DNA from: Octopus sinensis
Lineage: Eukaryota
DNA: 64,000 nt
Reading direction: 5' to 3'
NCBI RefSeq assembly: GCF_006345805.1
Contig: NC_043004.1
Location: forward strand, 28,892,001-28,956,000
Part shown: positions 50,201-63,750 of the stretch, piece by piece
How the letters are laid out: the number at the start of each line of letters is the position of its first letter
Position numbering within the stretch: position 1 is the stretch's first letter
Program-made: the position numbers and the translations under genes
The notes under the pieces: generated by a model
Databases searched by the model: none
What the model was told of the DNA's origin: nothing
Seen by the model: only the letters and a program-made list of their open reading frames with translations

Positions 50201-51704
50201 AATATGGTATGGTCGGTGCTAAAATATCTAATATGAAATGAGCCACCAAACTTGAATTAAATATAGTTACATCTACCCAAAGTGAAGAGAAAAAATAACC
50301 AGCTTAATAATCCGTTCTGATTAAGGGAGACAGTGAAGTAATCCTGAAATGTTAATTTATTAAATATAGAATGTAGGAAGTGTAGTGAATGGGGAGGTAT
50401 CTGATCTTGCCACTACAGTGATAACTCACGACAGTTTTCGGTTTTGTTAAACCTCAGTGAAGTTTAGTCTTTAAAGTATAAACATTGTCTTCTCATATCG
50501 CATTTCCTTATCAAAAAATATTTTTTGTCGTGAATTATGCTTTTTTTTTATTATGAATTTGATAAGTTGATATTTGATATTAGTGAAACATGACATAATG
50601 ATTTTTTTGCTGAATGGCTTTAGTAGGGTCGGAACATGGATCTGATAGCATTAAGCAGCAGAATTTATAAAGGAGAATAAATTAACAATGTTTAATGAAG
50701 GTTAAATTTTGATGGTTGTCTATGATTGCCTCTCTATTAATCCAGAACATAAGACAATTATTTATATCATTGAAAAGAAAAAGAAAAATAATTTTTACGA
50801 GAGAAATCACGACAAAGTCAAACTTATAAAAATAAATCATAAACACACTAGCATTGATTCGCTTGCCAGTATACTCCAGCCTTTACATATCTATCCAGAC
50901 CGTCTCCTAACTCGGTGTATGCTACCATTACTATATCGTTCACTACCCTTCGGAACTGGTAAACTTTGAGCCACTTCCACTCAGGTCCACCAAATTTACA
51001 TTGAGTCTATCCAAGTAGGATAAAAACCCAGGATAAAGACCTTTCTCGAATCATATGGGCAAGACACTGCGCCCTCTCATAAGGCTAGGACAACAAAAGC
51101 GTGGCGTGTGCCAACCTCTATGGTCAGATTCTTCCAAACACATAGCCTCCTATCTCACTAGGTCTCACAATCCACTGGACTGTTGCGTATGAGGCGTAGT
51201 CGAGAGAGAGGTCAATCAACACCTCCATAACATCATACAATCTTCCAAATCTACCATAATCAGCTCTATGTCCTAAACTGATAAAGATCAGCTGTCTCGA
51301 GTATGTCAGTGTTTCCGACCCCGTACTCAAGCAGCCATTGAAGTTAACGGTGGATTCATAAGTAGGTGTGATAAAAGGATCCTCAAGAATATTTGTACTA
51401 ATCTGTTATCAAACACAACTTTTCTTTGATGAGCTATGCGTCTTTTTCTAAATCCATACAAATGACATGAAAAAACAAGAAACGCACCCTATACATCTAA
51501 GTAAAAAATATTAAATGATTTATAAACCTATGATGATAATCTTTTGTTAAACTGAAAGAACTCTTATACAATTTGCAATAAAGAAAATTGTAAAAGTTTC
51601 CCAAGAATGAAGGAAATGATTACTTATTTATAATACAAGTTTCATACTTAGTTACAAAATCACTTCAGGCACTTCTTAGTAGTATTACTGGTGCTTATAT
51701 AAGA

Positions 51705-51920
51705 CGGCGTGTTGGCAGAATCGTAAGTACGCAAGGCAAAAATGCTTAGAAGTATTTCGCCCGTTTTTTCGTTTTGATTTCAAATTCCGCCGAGGTCGAC
51801 TTCACCTTCTGTCCCTTCGGGGTCAAAAAGAAAAAATCCCCAGTTGAACACTGGGGCTCGATGTCATCAACTTAACTCCTCTCCCAAAATTGCTGGCCCT
51901 GTGCCGAAATTTGAAACCAA
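51705..51920 (+). mobile_element. tRNA-derived SINE
   Basis: Homologous to the 49800 family. Confidence 0.75.
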
Positions 51921-53941
51921 TATTACTGATGTTTATTTTATCGGTTTGAGATGAAAAGTTGACTCAACTAGAATTTCAAACATATGTAATTGTAAACATG
52001 TATCTTGAGGCATTTATTTAATCCGGCAATCTACATTTTTACCTACTCACCAACACTTCAGTCTTAGTTAACCTTCGGCATGTCCTTGGCTGTGTTAGCT
52101 AAAGCAAACAAGATACAGTTGTAATCTGCATGCACTCTTAGTATCTTCAGTGAAACCAGTAGTGTATCTATTAACAGAAATCTCGAAAATATTCTCAGTT
52201 AGGAACATGACAATCTAGTCTTTTCTAACAGCACTTAACTCCAGCCCCTGTTGGTTTCGTGGAAACAGTCTAGTACTTCACTCTCCCTAATTCTTGACAC
52301 TTTCATCAGTCTTCTGATTAAGCTATTAAAATAATTAAGCATCATCTCTCGTGATACAAGCTGGATAATTGGCAGAATTTTTGTCAATGCTATAATGATT
52401 ACTCTGAGTAAAGGCTCAGTTATGAAATCATTATTACATGGAAAAATGCGAGCATGAAGTCATATTCTTAAGATTATAAACCTGGAAAAGTACAGGACAA
52501 GTTATAACACCTATAAAAGTATAAGACATGCTATTCTAGTAACGTAAAGAATAGAAACTTTTTACTTAAAATATTGCAACAGAGAATGCCAGTTCTTCTA
52601 ATTTATCACTCTTTACAGTTCTCATCTTTTAAATTTATAGTACAAAACTGTTCAGCTAATTTGTAAGTTTGTCTAATTAGTCACTTTGTTCTGTACTTAA
52701 GGTAGTAAATTAACCAAATACTACTTAAATAAGTATAATATTATTTGTAAACTATAATAAAATAAGTTTTAATATTCGAATTTTAATTTTAGTTGCAATA
52801 TCTTAAGTAAGAAGTTTCTTATTCTTTACTGTACTTGAAGTAATAGCTTGTCCTATACTTTTACAGGTGTAATAACTTGTCCTGTACTTTTACAGGTTTA
52901 TAATCTTAAGAATATGACTTTTCATGCTCGCATTTTTCCATGTAATCTATGATTTATCTAGGTATTATTGTTATAAGATAATTAATGATGTGTCAATTAA
53001 TAATTTAAGTTTTTACTTTAAAGGAGGTCACAAGGAATTCATTCAACCAAAAAAAAAGTTTCCAATGATTCCGGGATTAGGGGGGGGGACGACCCCCTAT
53101 CTCATTTTTTTCGAACCAAAATAAGGGGTTTGCAGCATATTAGGTGGTCAGGGTACTTGATTCCACGCAAAAAATCATTTTTTTTTTCTTAGGGAAAATC
53201 GTGCGGGTGTTAATATAGAAATGGATCGTAATGATGTTATTTAGCCTCAAATAAGCCCTGATACTGCAAATGTATCATCAAAGTCATTCAGCAAACCGTC
53301 TTTTTAGGGATAATCTAGGACATTACATACAATGGGTGTGTAATTTAGGTAGGAGGATACTTTGGCTGCTATTTTTAGCATGTTGAGCGACTAGGTAGGG
53401 GCTCTTTCATTGGTTCGATTGCGTGATGAGATTTTTTTACACATATAAGTAATACGTATATATATCATTGGCAGAAGTTAGGGAATAAGTCAAAAGCTGA
53501 GAGTTTCGTATATTGGCACTTATCTAACACGAATTTGTCCATTGTCACTCTATAACCTCTGACGAAATAACTTCTAAAGTACAAAATTTTGTCAAAAACG
53601 TTAAGAGTAAACTCTGTTCTATGTGACACATTCTACCAGTATCGGAAGTTTGAAAGTGTTTAGTTAAAAACAATTAATTAAATAATCTGTACGTCTAATT
53701 CAATAGATCCGAAATGGATGAAAGGCAAAGTCGACCTCGACGGAATTTGAACTCAGAACGTAAAGACAGACGAAATACCGCTTCTGAAATACAATATTTT
53801 GTCAAAAACATTAAGAATAAACCCTGTTCTATGTGACATATTCTAACAGTATCGGAGGTTCTAAAGTGTTTAGTTAAAAAAAAATTAATTAAATAATCTG
53901 TACGTCAAATTCGACCTCGGCAAAATTTGAACTCAAAAGCT

Positions 53942-54530
53942 TAAAGACAGAAGAAATACCTATTTCTTTATTACCCACAAGGGGTCAAACACAGAGGGGA
54001 CAAACAAGGACAGACAAACGGATTAAGTCGATTACATCGACCCCAGTGCGTAACTGGTACTTAATTTATCGACCCCGAAAGGATGGAAGTCAAAGTCGAC
54101 CTCGGCGGAATTTGAACTCAGAACGTAACGGCAGACGAAATACCGGTAAACATTTCGCCCGGTGTGCTAACGTTTCTGTTTGCTCGCCGCCTTTTGAAAG
54201 ACAGAAGAAATACCTATTTCTTTACTACCCACAAGGGGCTAAACACTGAGAAGACAAACAAGGACAGACAGACGGATTAAGTCGATTATATCGACCCCAG
54301 TGCATAACTGGTCCTTAATTTATCGACCCCGAAAGGATGAAAGGCAAAGTCGACCTCGGCGGAATTTGAACTCAGAACGTAACGGCAGACGAAATACCGG
54401 TAAACATTTCGCCCGGTGTGCTAACGTTTCTGTTAGCTCGCCGCCTTTTGAAAGACAGAAGAAATACCGTTAAGCATCCCGCACAACGCGTTAACGTTTC
54501 TGCTAACTCACCGCCTTGGAACGTAAGCAT
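53942..54530 (-). repeat. Head-to-tail SINE tandem array, period 254 bp
   Basis: Units begin at 53942, 54196 and 54450 (AAAGACAGAAGAAATACC); the first two are near-identical. Confidence 0.88.
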
Positions 54531-55384
54531 TCATTTTAGAAATATATTATTTATTCTATATTTTTTATTCTTATTGCTTAAGCGTTACTCCTTTACTTTC
54601 TTACTTATTGACATGAAATTTCGTAACATTTTACCTCATAACTCTTTTTCTACTAATTTCTGTTCAATGCGACTTGTGATTCTGAATTCCTCGTGATTTT
54701 TTCTATCATTTAAGCCTAAGAAAGGTATACTTCTAATTTAAATTTTAAAAATTTATGCTAATTGAAGATGAATATCTGCCTAACTGACACCCCACCCTTG
54801 AGGTCGCAGATATTTTGATGTAATTTTTTCTACTGAACCAAATTTCAAACTATTTATGCCAAAGTGTAGCTGAGGAGGCGTCCTCTTTAAAACTATTTAC
54901 AGTTTTCAGTTTAGTTGAGAACTGAATTAGTGGTGAAACTTGGAAGCTGCTGCGATTGACGAAATGGTGGTCTTAAGAATATATTCAACCACGGTAGTGG
55001 TTGAATGATAATAGGATATTAAACGTTAGTTCCGGTTCTGAGGTTAGTCTCGTGAAACCATGTTCGCAAATCGGTTTCGACTCGATGGACTTCACTGCCG
55101 CTTGAAAATAGTGAATATCTATCCGTTTTTAATTCTCCCATAGATATTCAACTTCATGCTCACTACTGGCATTGGACTGTGTCGCTGGGAAAGCCACTAT
55201 TTTTTTAAAGTGAAAAAATTAGTAAAACAAGTAATTTATCCTCTGACGTCTTTCATCAGCGAACGATATTCACACTGTGTTTCCGGGTTTGAAATTGTTG
55301 CAATGTATTATAAGGCACTAGCGTTTTAGAAAAAATAAATTTTATGGATAACTTTATTCTGCTAAACTTTATTTTTGTATTCAA

Positions 55385-55965
55385 CTTGCGATGAACGTAA
55401 ACAAACAAAGTTTGCTTTAGAAGCGTTGAGATGTATTGAAAGATACAGAATAATTTATTCTCAAACGCATGATAATGCTAATACAATAGTATGAACAGGA
55501 TAAACTATCCATATATTGCAGAAAAAAAAGACGTTACCAGCAAGTCATGAGACTCGAACTAACAACCGTGAGATTACGCGTCAAGTGTTTTACCTTTAAG
55601 CTAAACTGCCCAGTAACGAATTGCTTTGTAATTTCAGGATTTATAAATCTAGCTTTATAAAGTATGCATTTTAAGAATAAATTATTTCTGTATCTTTCAA
55701 TACATCTCAACGCTTCTAAAGTAAACTTTGTTAGTTGAATTTAACGTTAGCGTCTTATAAAGCTAGATTTATAAATCCTAAAATTGCAGGACAATTCATT
55801 ACTGGGCAGTTTAGGTTAATCACGTGTAATCACAGGGATGTGAATTCGAGTCTCATGTCTGGCCTGTAACGATTTATTTCTGCAATGTATAAAGATAGTT
55901 TATCCTGTTCATGCATTTGAATTAGCATTATCATGTGTTTGAGAATAGATTATTTCTGTATCTTT
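55385..55965. repeat. Inverted/tandem block containing two decayed tRNA-like sequences
   Basis: 55440-55660 is the reverse complement of 55755-55965; 55670-55745 is the reverse complement of 55390-55460. The tRNA-like part has TAGCTTAAAGG and GTTCGAGTCTCA boxes. Confidence 0.75.
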
Positions 55966-57254
55966 ATTTTTATAGTTTTAATTCTAAAACGAATCAAAAT
56001 GAAGGGGTTAATGTAAATAAATTATCATTCTTAATTACTAAAATGCAGTTAGAAACTGTAGATGTAGCAGACAAATAGCAAACATTGTTCTACTTAATTA
56101 TTTAAGTAAATTTTGCACACATGAAATGCTTCATCAGATAGCAGGAATTCATCTTTGCAATTATAAAACGTTCTTTAAGCTGTCGCTTATAGAGAATATG
56201 ATTTTAAAGATCAGTGATATTTTAAAAAATCATGTAAATGGATTTGTTTGCATTTTCTTATAATTGATGGCAATATACAAAATAAATTGAAATATTCACT
56301 TCAGCCTTTCTTTGAGCCAATATAGCTACGGCCAAGAATCAGAAACTGATATGTTTGCATGAGTCTATGAGTATATATGTATATGGTGGTGGACGATGAC
56401 GACGACTATGATGGCGACAATGAAAATTATGATAAAAAAGGATGAGGAGTGCAACTAAGCTTATATGCCATTGAAAGTAGTTTTAAATTGGTATATAGGT
56501 ATATAGATTACAGTGCAAGGTGTTGAAAAATTAATAATATCCAGAGCTAATGAGAAAAGTGAACTTTTACAGAGTTGAAGTTGCATCTTGTTTTCTTAAT
56601 AGTTAGTAATATGTATATAATTTCCTGTGATATGCTAACTGGAGTTGCATGAAGTTTAAAGCAATTTCTGGTTGAATTCAGTTAAGAAGCGCTTGTGGAT
56701 TCGTTACGGATGGATAGTTCCCCACTGCTGATTCCTGACCCAAGTATTTAATGCATACATCAGCTTTGAGTTTTGCAATTCAATAAAGTTCATTAAATAT
56801 ATTTCTGAAAATTTGTCATCGTAAGATCTGACATTACAATGATTGTTCAGACAAAGCAAAACAGTCACGATGAATAAGCCTGATTCCAACAGGGATACTG
56901 CATCGGCAGCAATAAGATTTTCTAGTGATTTTTGACTTCCCAATTCAGGAAATTACTGCAGCATTCAAGAACTTCTTGCAAACTTTTGAACATAGCTAAT
57001 AAATTTATTCTACCCCAAACTACACAAAACACAATATTTTCACTTCAACAACGTGAGAACTGGAACAGAAAAAATGCCTCAATCACAGTCTGCTCCACCT
57101 AACCGCCTGACACTGAGTGTACCGCATTTGGTGAGAGTCCTACTTCAACATGCAAAAAGAAAAGAAAAGAAAAGAAAAAAAATCATCAAGGTGATGGTAC
57201 TTATTTTTAGTATCTGGAACATACTTAACACACAACTTACTTTACTGCAAAACA

Positions 57255-57790
57255 TCATTTTTTTTTCTGCCTTTAACCCTCCAACGCAGAGTATAGGTCA
57301 CATATAATTGAATTCCATGTCGCATAATTTTTCGCTTCTGTACTTATACTCTGCCATAAATGTCCCCTTTTCTCTAGTTCCTTTTGTGTTGATCTACGCC
57401 AGGAGTTCTTAGGCCTACCTTTCTTTTTATGCCCATCCGGATTCCACTGTAAAGCACTTTTCGCTACATTTGGTGTGTCTTTTCTAATTGTGCTACCAAT
57501 CCACTTCCACATTTTCTTAAATATTTGCTCCCTAATCGAAACTTGATTTGTTCTTTGCCATAACTCCATATTGCTTATGTGTTCGGGTCATCTAATTTTA
57601 AGTATACTACGCAAGCATCTGTTGATGAATGATTGTATTTGCTTATTTGACTTAACTGTTGTTCGCCATGTCTCAGCCCCATACAATAACATATCATACA
57701 AACCAGAAAGAACTGCACTGGTTGCAGAACCTGGTTTGCTAAAAGTGAAACGTAGTTCAAAGAACAAAACGTCTAGAAACTTTTTCAAGC
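57255..57790 (-). mobile_element. RTE LINE 3' relic (second family)
   Basis: LLYGAETWRTT...IQSFINRCLRSILKIR; WKWIGSTIRK...ALQWNPDGHKKKGRPKNSWRRS. Confidence 0.85.
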
Positions 57791-58149
57791 TTTGCCAGTA
57801 TGACCCCTTTGTAAAACGTTGCTATACCAATAGGTTCAATCTATGCGCGAAATAAAATCAATGGAGATGAAGAAAGTAAGGTGCATTTCTCGAAAACCAA
57901 CCTGATATAACATTTGGCTGGGTCACTGAAGGAGAGTATGTTGTACACACTTGGCAGTGTCACCGAAAAAGAATATATTGTACACAATAGTTAATTCCTA
58001 TCTATAAAGTGCAACATCATGTTCAAGATCTTCGAAAATTAAGCGGTAAAGTTTCCGCTACTCATACAGAAGCATGAATATACTTGGTCTGCTGGAGAAT
58101 GATGCCCGAGGGGATACAATATAGTCAGGTGCTTCTGTATTTGAAATAG

Positions 58150-58590
58150 CTAAGACTCTTGAGATTATTTTCACCATACTTGAAGTTTATCATCACACAA
58201 ACTTCAGCTAAAACAAGAGAACCTTAATAATGCTACTGCATAATTTATATCAATAACAAGACAAATGGTTGGGAAGATTATGCCACGTGTCATCCACGCT
58301 GATATTCTCACTTGGTGTACCAAAGACAAGAATCAAGATTTCCACTCATGCAAGCAAATATGCCTTCTCGATTTAAGAGACTTCAGGTTCCAGAACACCT
58401 CAGCATATCAATCAATAAATCACAAGGGTAAATATTGACAGCTGCTTGACTATGCCATGAGGAATATTGCTTTGCTAACTGTCAATTTTATGCAGGATAC
58501 TCAAATGTTGCATCCTGTCCCGTAATCTCCATATTTATTATTTATGCCTCTGATGGTGAAACCAAAAACACTGAATTAATCTGAGGTACT
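58150..58590 (+). pseudogene. Helitron PIF1 helicase C-terminal relic
   Basis: HKLQLK...IMLLHNL (58195-58247); MPSRFKRLQVPEHLSISINKSQG* (58360-58431); CFANCQFYAGYSNV...SDGETKN, matching FxRxQFP...INKSQGQ and FSHGQLYVAxSRV. Confidence 0.7.
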
Positions 58591-58836
58591 GATATGACAG
58601 TGATGGCTATGGTACGTATATAAGCTGGGGGCTAATCATGATCTCAACATCATTTTTTTAGCATTGCATGTATTGCGGTTCCAATATTTGAATGCAAGAT
58701 TTCTTTTAATACACGTTATAAGAAAGATTTTATTTTCATTAGTGGTTATCTCCTGACACTATTTAACACTTTTATAGATACAATATATATCTGTGTGTCT
58801 ATGTATAATCTATCTATCTATCTCACTCTCTCTCTC

Positions 58837-58876
<40 letters not shown>

Positions 58877-58917
<41 letters not shown>

Positions 58918-59682
58918 TCTGAAATGCGAAAAGTTTGTTTGTTTGTCTGGTTTTGGCATTGAGAACGGGTTAAAGGCCACTAGATCCCGTCGCATTCACT
59001 CCAAAATTTACAGGCACATGTAAAATGAGGTGAGGATGTGAGTGGGCTAGGTTAGAAATCCTCATCTTAAAAGGTGTCATTGCTAGGGCCAAAAACGTAC
59101 ACTTACACAAGTCTACTCTCATTCTTTTATGTGTCTGTCTTTCTCCATCTCTCACTCTCTTTCCTCCCTTCCTTTCACTTTCTATCTATAACGACGTTTC
59201 ACAGCGTCTACCTCCCTTCCTTTCACTTTCTATTTATAACGTCATTTCATAGCGTCCTATATCTCCCCCATCCCCGCCTTTGACAGCGCTTTCATACACA
59301 CACTCTCTCTCTCTCTCTCAACGTCTGTCTGCATTCATAGAGAGAATTATCATCGCCACCACCACCACCACCACAATCATGAGAACAAATATTATGAATC
59401 AGATATTTATTGGGTTAATTTATGTGTGTGTGTGTGTGTTCTATATATAAATATGTATATATAATGTATATATACAAAGTGTATATATCTGTATTTATGT
59501 ATATTAAACTTTAAAAAAAAAATTTATATAAATTAATAATTCTAATTTTAAATTTAAATAATTTTTAAATTTTTAAATTTTATATTTTATATATTTTGTA
59601 TATTATATTTTTATTTTTATGTTTTGGTTTATGTTTTTCACTGTTTGATTTGCCTAATAGTGGTTTTATCTCTAATTTAATT

Positions 59683-59713
<31 letters not shown>

Positions 59714-59717
59714 ATGC

Positions 59718-59783
<66 letters not shown>

Positions 59784-60655
59784 CATTATGTGGTCGGTTG
59801 TGCTGAAAATATGCACACCTATGTTAAAAGTGCTGGCGAGTTTGCATGACAACTATTTTTTCCTCAAATGAAAGGCGTGACCTCTAGGACAAAATTCCTC
59901 ATCTTATAAAATGTGGCCAGAGTAAACCAGAATGAAATCAGGTTATATTAACCAAAATGTGAAAAGAAGTCTAAATGGGGCTGGAAGGGGATTAAAATTT
60001 ACAGGAGCAGGAGTTTAGGAATTCTGTTACATCAAGCTAAAAAATTTGCGCCAGCCTTTAAATCGTCAATGTGTTGCCGTCCATGATGAAGTTTTGAATG
60101 CTTGCCATGGTGAGTCTACTGTCGTGAGAAAGAATCACTTCCAAACTTGGTGTTTAGGAATTTTCTTTTACATCAAGTTCAAAATTTTATGCCAGCTGTT
60201 AAACTGCCACTACGTTGCTGTCCGTCGTTAAGAAATGCCAGCCATAGTGACTCTACTATCCTCAGATTCTATCCCTTCAAACTTTGGTTTCCAATATTTT
60301 TAAAATTTTTATTCAGCTCGCAAGTTCGTCTGTCCCTTTTAAATGTTAGTGTTTTGCTGTCTGCCTTGAAGCAGACCTTTCCGTTATCACTGCCTGATAT
60401 TTATGATTGATCTTTCAAAATATTTTTCTTTTTCAACTTACTCAAGATGTTTTGTTGTTTATAAATGGGAGAGAGATAGATAGAGAAAGATAGAGAGTAA
60501 GAGAAAGCGAGGGAGAGTCCGAGAGAAATGAAGAGTAAGAGAATGGAAAAGTGAGAGAGAAAGGAGAGAGAAAATGATAATAAAAAACAGAAAGGAAGCA
60601 ACAGAAAGTAACAACCACACCCTTACTCGTGCGTAGAGCGGGTCATCTTAAGCTA

Positions 60656-60656
<1 letters not shown>
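58877..60656 (+). mobile_element. Probable non-autonomous Helitron (about 1.8 kb)
   Basis: 5' TC-TATATA...GTTTGTTTGTTTGTCTG; 3' hairpin ACTCG-TGCGTAGAG-CGGGT then CTAG|T at 60656. The 5' boundary is ambiguous inside (TC)n. Confidence 0.5.
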
Positions 60657-60739
<83 letters not shown>

Positions 60740-61544
60740 ACATATATATATAAGCACTACACAGCCGTCAGATGAGTAATTATGAGCGTGTGTGTTTATT
60801 AAACACATATTTAACATTGCTGTGCAAAGTAAACCTCGTGGTTCAACTATAGCCAGATCTTAATAGTCCAACGTGTATTGAACTCGCATCATATATTGAT
60901 ATTACGTATCACATTTATATCAACTTAGAAAATAATACCTATGTTCTTTTATTTTATTTTTTAAATAGCATTCACAAACTCGAGCTTATCAAGATTGCTC
61001 GGCCTAATCTACGTTGGCAATGTGAATGAATTAATAGAATTAGTAAAATGAAGTAAACTTACAAGCCGAAAATGTTAATACACATCTTAATACCACTCTG
61101 AAAAAATCGACGCTTAGGTTTTTGTCTCTGTTTGGCCAGAGATCAATAAGGTCTATATTTAACAGGTAACACCTTCTCGGATAGCAGTTACTCCTTCATC
61201 TCTATATAGGGAATAATAACTAATAGCTAATATGGATAAGTTTGTGTATACTATATATTGCTCTAAATTATTATTCCCTTTCTGCACAGGAATGAATGAC
61301 CAATGTATGACATGTCGTTAAAAATGTTAAAGCTAGTTGGATCGTTCTCTTTTTTTGACATCAGAGAAAAATGTGTGGTTTCAATATGGTGTCTAAAATT
61401 TAAGAGTGAGGCTAAACAGTTTAGAAACGTAAATCTACATTAAATTTCTACAAACTGATGTGTGTGTGTATGCGTGCGTGCGTGTATGTGAGTACCGAGA
61501 GAGAGGGAGAGCGAAAGAGAGATATGTGTATGATTAAGTATATA

Positions 61545-61916
61545 TCTCTCTATATATAAACGGCAGTTTGTCTGTGTGTGTTTCTGTGTGTCTGTTAGGT
61601 TGTACCCTCACCCTGACCACGGCTTTCAACCGATTCTGATGAAACTTGACACACACATAGCCCAATGTCATAATTCAAAACTAACGCAGCGAAAATTTTG
61701 AAAAGTTCCCCCAGTTCTGAAAAAAAATCGATAAATTCGACATGGGGTCGAGAATCAGAAACACAAACCACAGACTGTCTAGGGGATGCAACTCGACCTT
61801 TTTAACTAAAAAAAAATTTGCCATCACTTTTTTTCCATTTTTTGGCTATAACACTCTAAAAATGCTTTATAGTTATTTCCCTTACAAACCCGAGCAACGC
61901 CGGGCGATACTGCTAG
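61545..61916 (+). mobile_element. Non-autonomous Helitron (372 bp)
   Basis: A|TC 5' end, subterminal hairpin CCCG-AGCAACGC-CGGG, CTAG|T 3' end, no TSD. Confidence 0.85.
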
Positions 61917-62094
61917 TATATAAATAAATGTCTTATATAAAAGAAGTTTCTCGTCGCTCGTAAGCTAGTATGACTTGGTAGCTTATCCGCGTTTTTGACA
62001 ATTGCTTTAGGTGACTATTTAATCATGAACAGACATGATTGTATGTATATGCAGTCTGCTCACGACTATATATATATGTATGTATATATGTATT

Positions 62095-62400
62095 CTTTAA
62101 CTCTCGTACTGATTTCAGCCAGAGTCTGGGGCCATGCTGGAGCACCACCTTTCAGTGTTTTGGGTCTCCTTTCTGTACCGCTTTTGGTGAAGAAGCGAGT
62201 TGGACGAAGTTGCTATTCTTTGTGTCTCCTGCCGCGATGTGGGCTCATCTGGGATTTCAGATAGAAATTTCTCCAGATGCTTTTTGAACGTTTCCACATT
62301 ACATCTATACCGAGATGGTCTCATAGGTTCCTTGGTAGTGTGTTAAACAGTTGTGGTCCCCTGAAACTCGTGCTGTTGCAATATTGGGTCGTTATCGGAG
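62095..62400 (-). mobile_element. 3' end of CR1-group LINE, same family as 12610-14030
   Basis: FRGPQLFNTLPRNL; FKKHLEKFLSEIPDEPTSRQE; 3' hairpin GGTGGTGCTCCAGCATGGCC at 62130-62149. Confidence 0.8.
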
Positions 62401-63162
62401 ATGCATATACATACATACATACATACATACATACATACATACATACATACATACATACATACATACATACATACATACATACATACATACATACATACTG
62501 AGTATACCAAGTATGTTCAGAACGACAACTTAAAAGAAAGGGCAAATATCAAATTTAACAAAGACGTGTTTGGTGACTACAATAATTGACATGGCCAATC
62601 AGTAACGATATAATGATGAACAATTACAGAAAAGTAAGATCATGTTGAAAACGAAATACGGATAAACAAACAATAACAAAGCGATCAAAAAGGAAAAAAT
62701 AACAAAAACGGAGGAAAAGCGAATTTGCATTGGACACGATGAGTATTGGATAGAATGACTTAAGATATTAAACCTGCCAGTGAAAATAGTAATCATAGAC
62801 AAAGGGGGTTACAAGCAGTCGTAAAATACTGAAAGTAAATTTTCCTTAAAAAAATGAAAGTATATTGCGATAGTAAAAGGAAGTGACGACTGTTATACCA
62901 TAATTTCACGTAACACGTTTGATATCCGATGGGTAGGCTCCCTATGTGGATCTCAGCAGCTTCTATACTTATAAGCTGTCAACCATCACCAAATTTTATT
63001 CATTCAAACGATGACAGCATCCATACACAGACTATAGCGGGGTGATGGAAGTAAATTAGGCAACAATGTAGGACTTATGATGATTTATTTACATCATATC
63101 TTCAAAAATGTATGTGTTGCGAAACACATACATATATATATATATTATATATATATATATTA

Positions 63163-63223
<61 letters not shown>

Positions 63224-63224
63224 A

Positions 63225-63750
63225 CATTTTCACACATAACCCTAGAAACAACGAAGCCTTCAACATTATCACCCAAAATCTTCCCATCCTCACAGCAGAC
63301 ACAACAATGAACGAAATTTTAAGCTCATGTAAAATGATAAAAAGCAAAATGCAACCGAAGTCACTGTAAAAAATATTAACCAGCGCAAGACTATATCCAC
63401 TAACAACAGAGCCAAAAGGGAAAAATTGTGGTCGTCCTAACTATGGAACATGCCCCCACCTTTTGGAGGGTTCAGAATTCCACTTCAAACAAGGAGAAAT
63501 ATTTAAGATCAAATCAAATTTCACCTGCGCCTCGGAAAATCTAATCTATGCCATGACATTCTTAGGATGTGGTAACCACTATGTTGGACAGACAGGAATA
63601 TCTCTCCGTCGAAGAACCACCATCCACAAAGAACAAATCCGTCACCCACAATACAGACAGTTACGGGTTAGTGAACACATAGAAAGGTGTGCCAGGAATC
63701 TTAATCCGGACATTTTCCTTTTGAACGGCAGTTTTCAACACAATTTCTAG
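63225..63750 (+). pseudogene. PLE GIY-YIG endonuclease relic related to 26456-30099
   Basis: THNPRNNEAF...CGRPNYGTC...KSNFTCASENLIYAMTFLGCGNHYVGQT...IHKEQI...SEHIERC; begins at a (TA)n run. Confidence 0.85.

Noticed and set aside
53942-54530. Regular repeats superficially like a CRISPR array
   Set aside because: Units are 254-bp whole SINE copies without unique spacers; eukaryotic context, no cas genes.
54983-55006. Perfect 10-bp hairpin ATTCAACCAC-GGTA-GTGGTTGAAT
   Set aside because: One such stem is plausible by chance in 64 kb of AT-rich DNA; no CTRR end or ribozyme core nearby.
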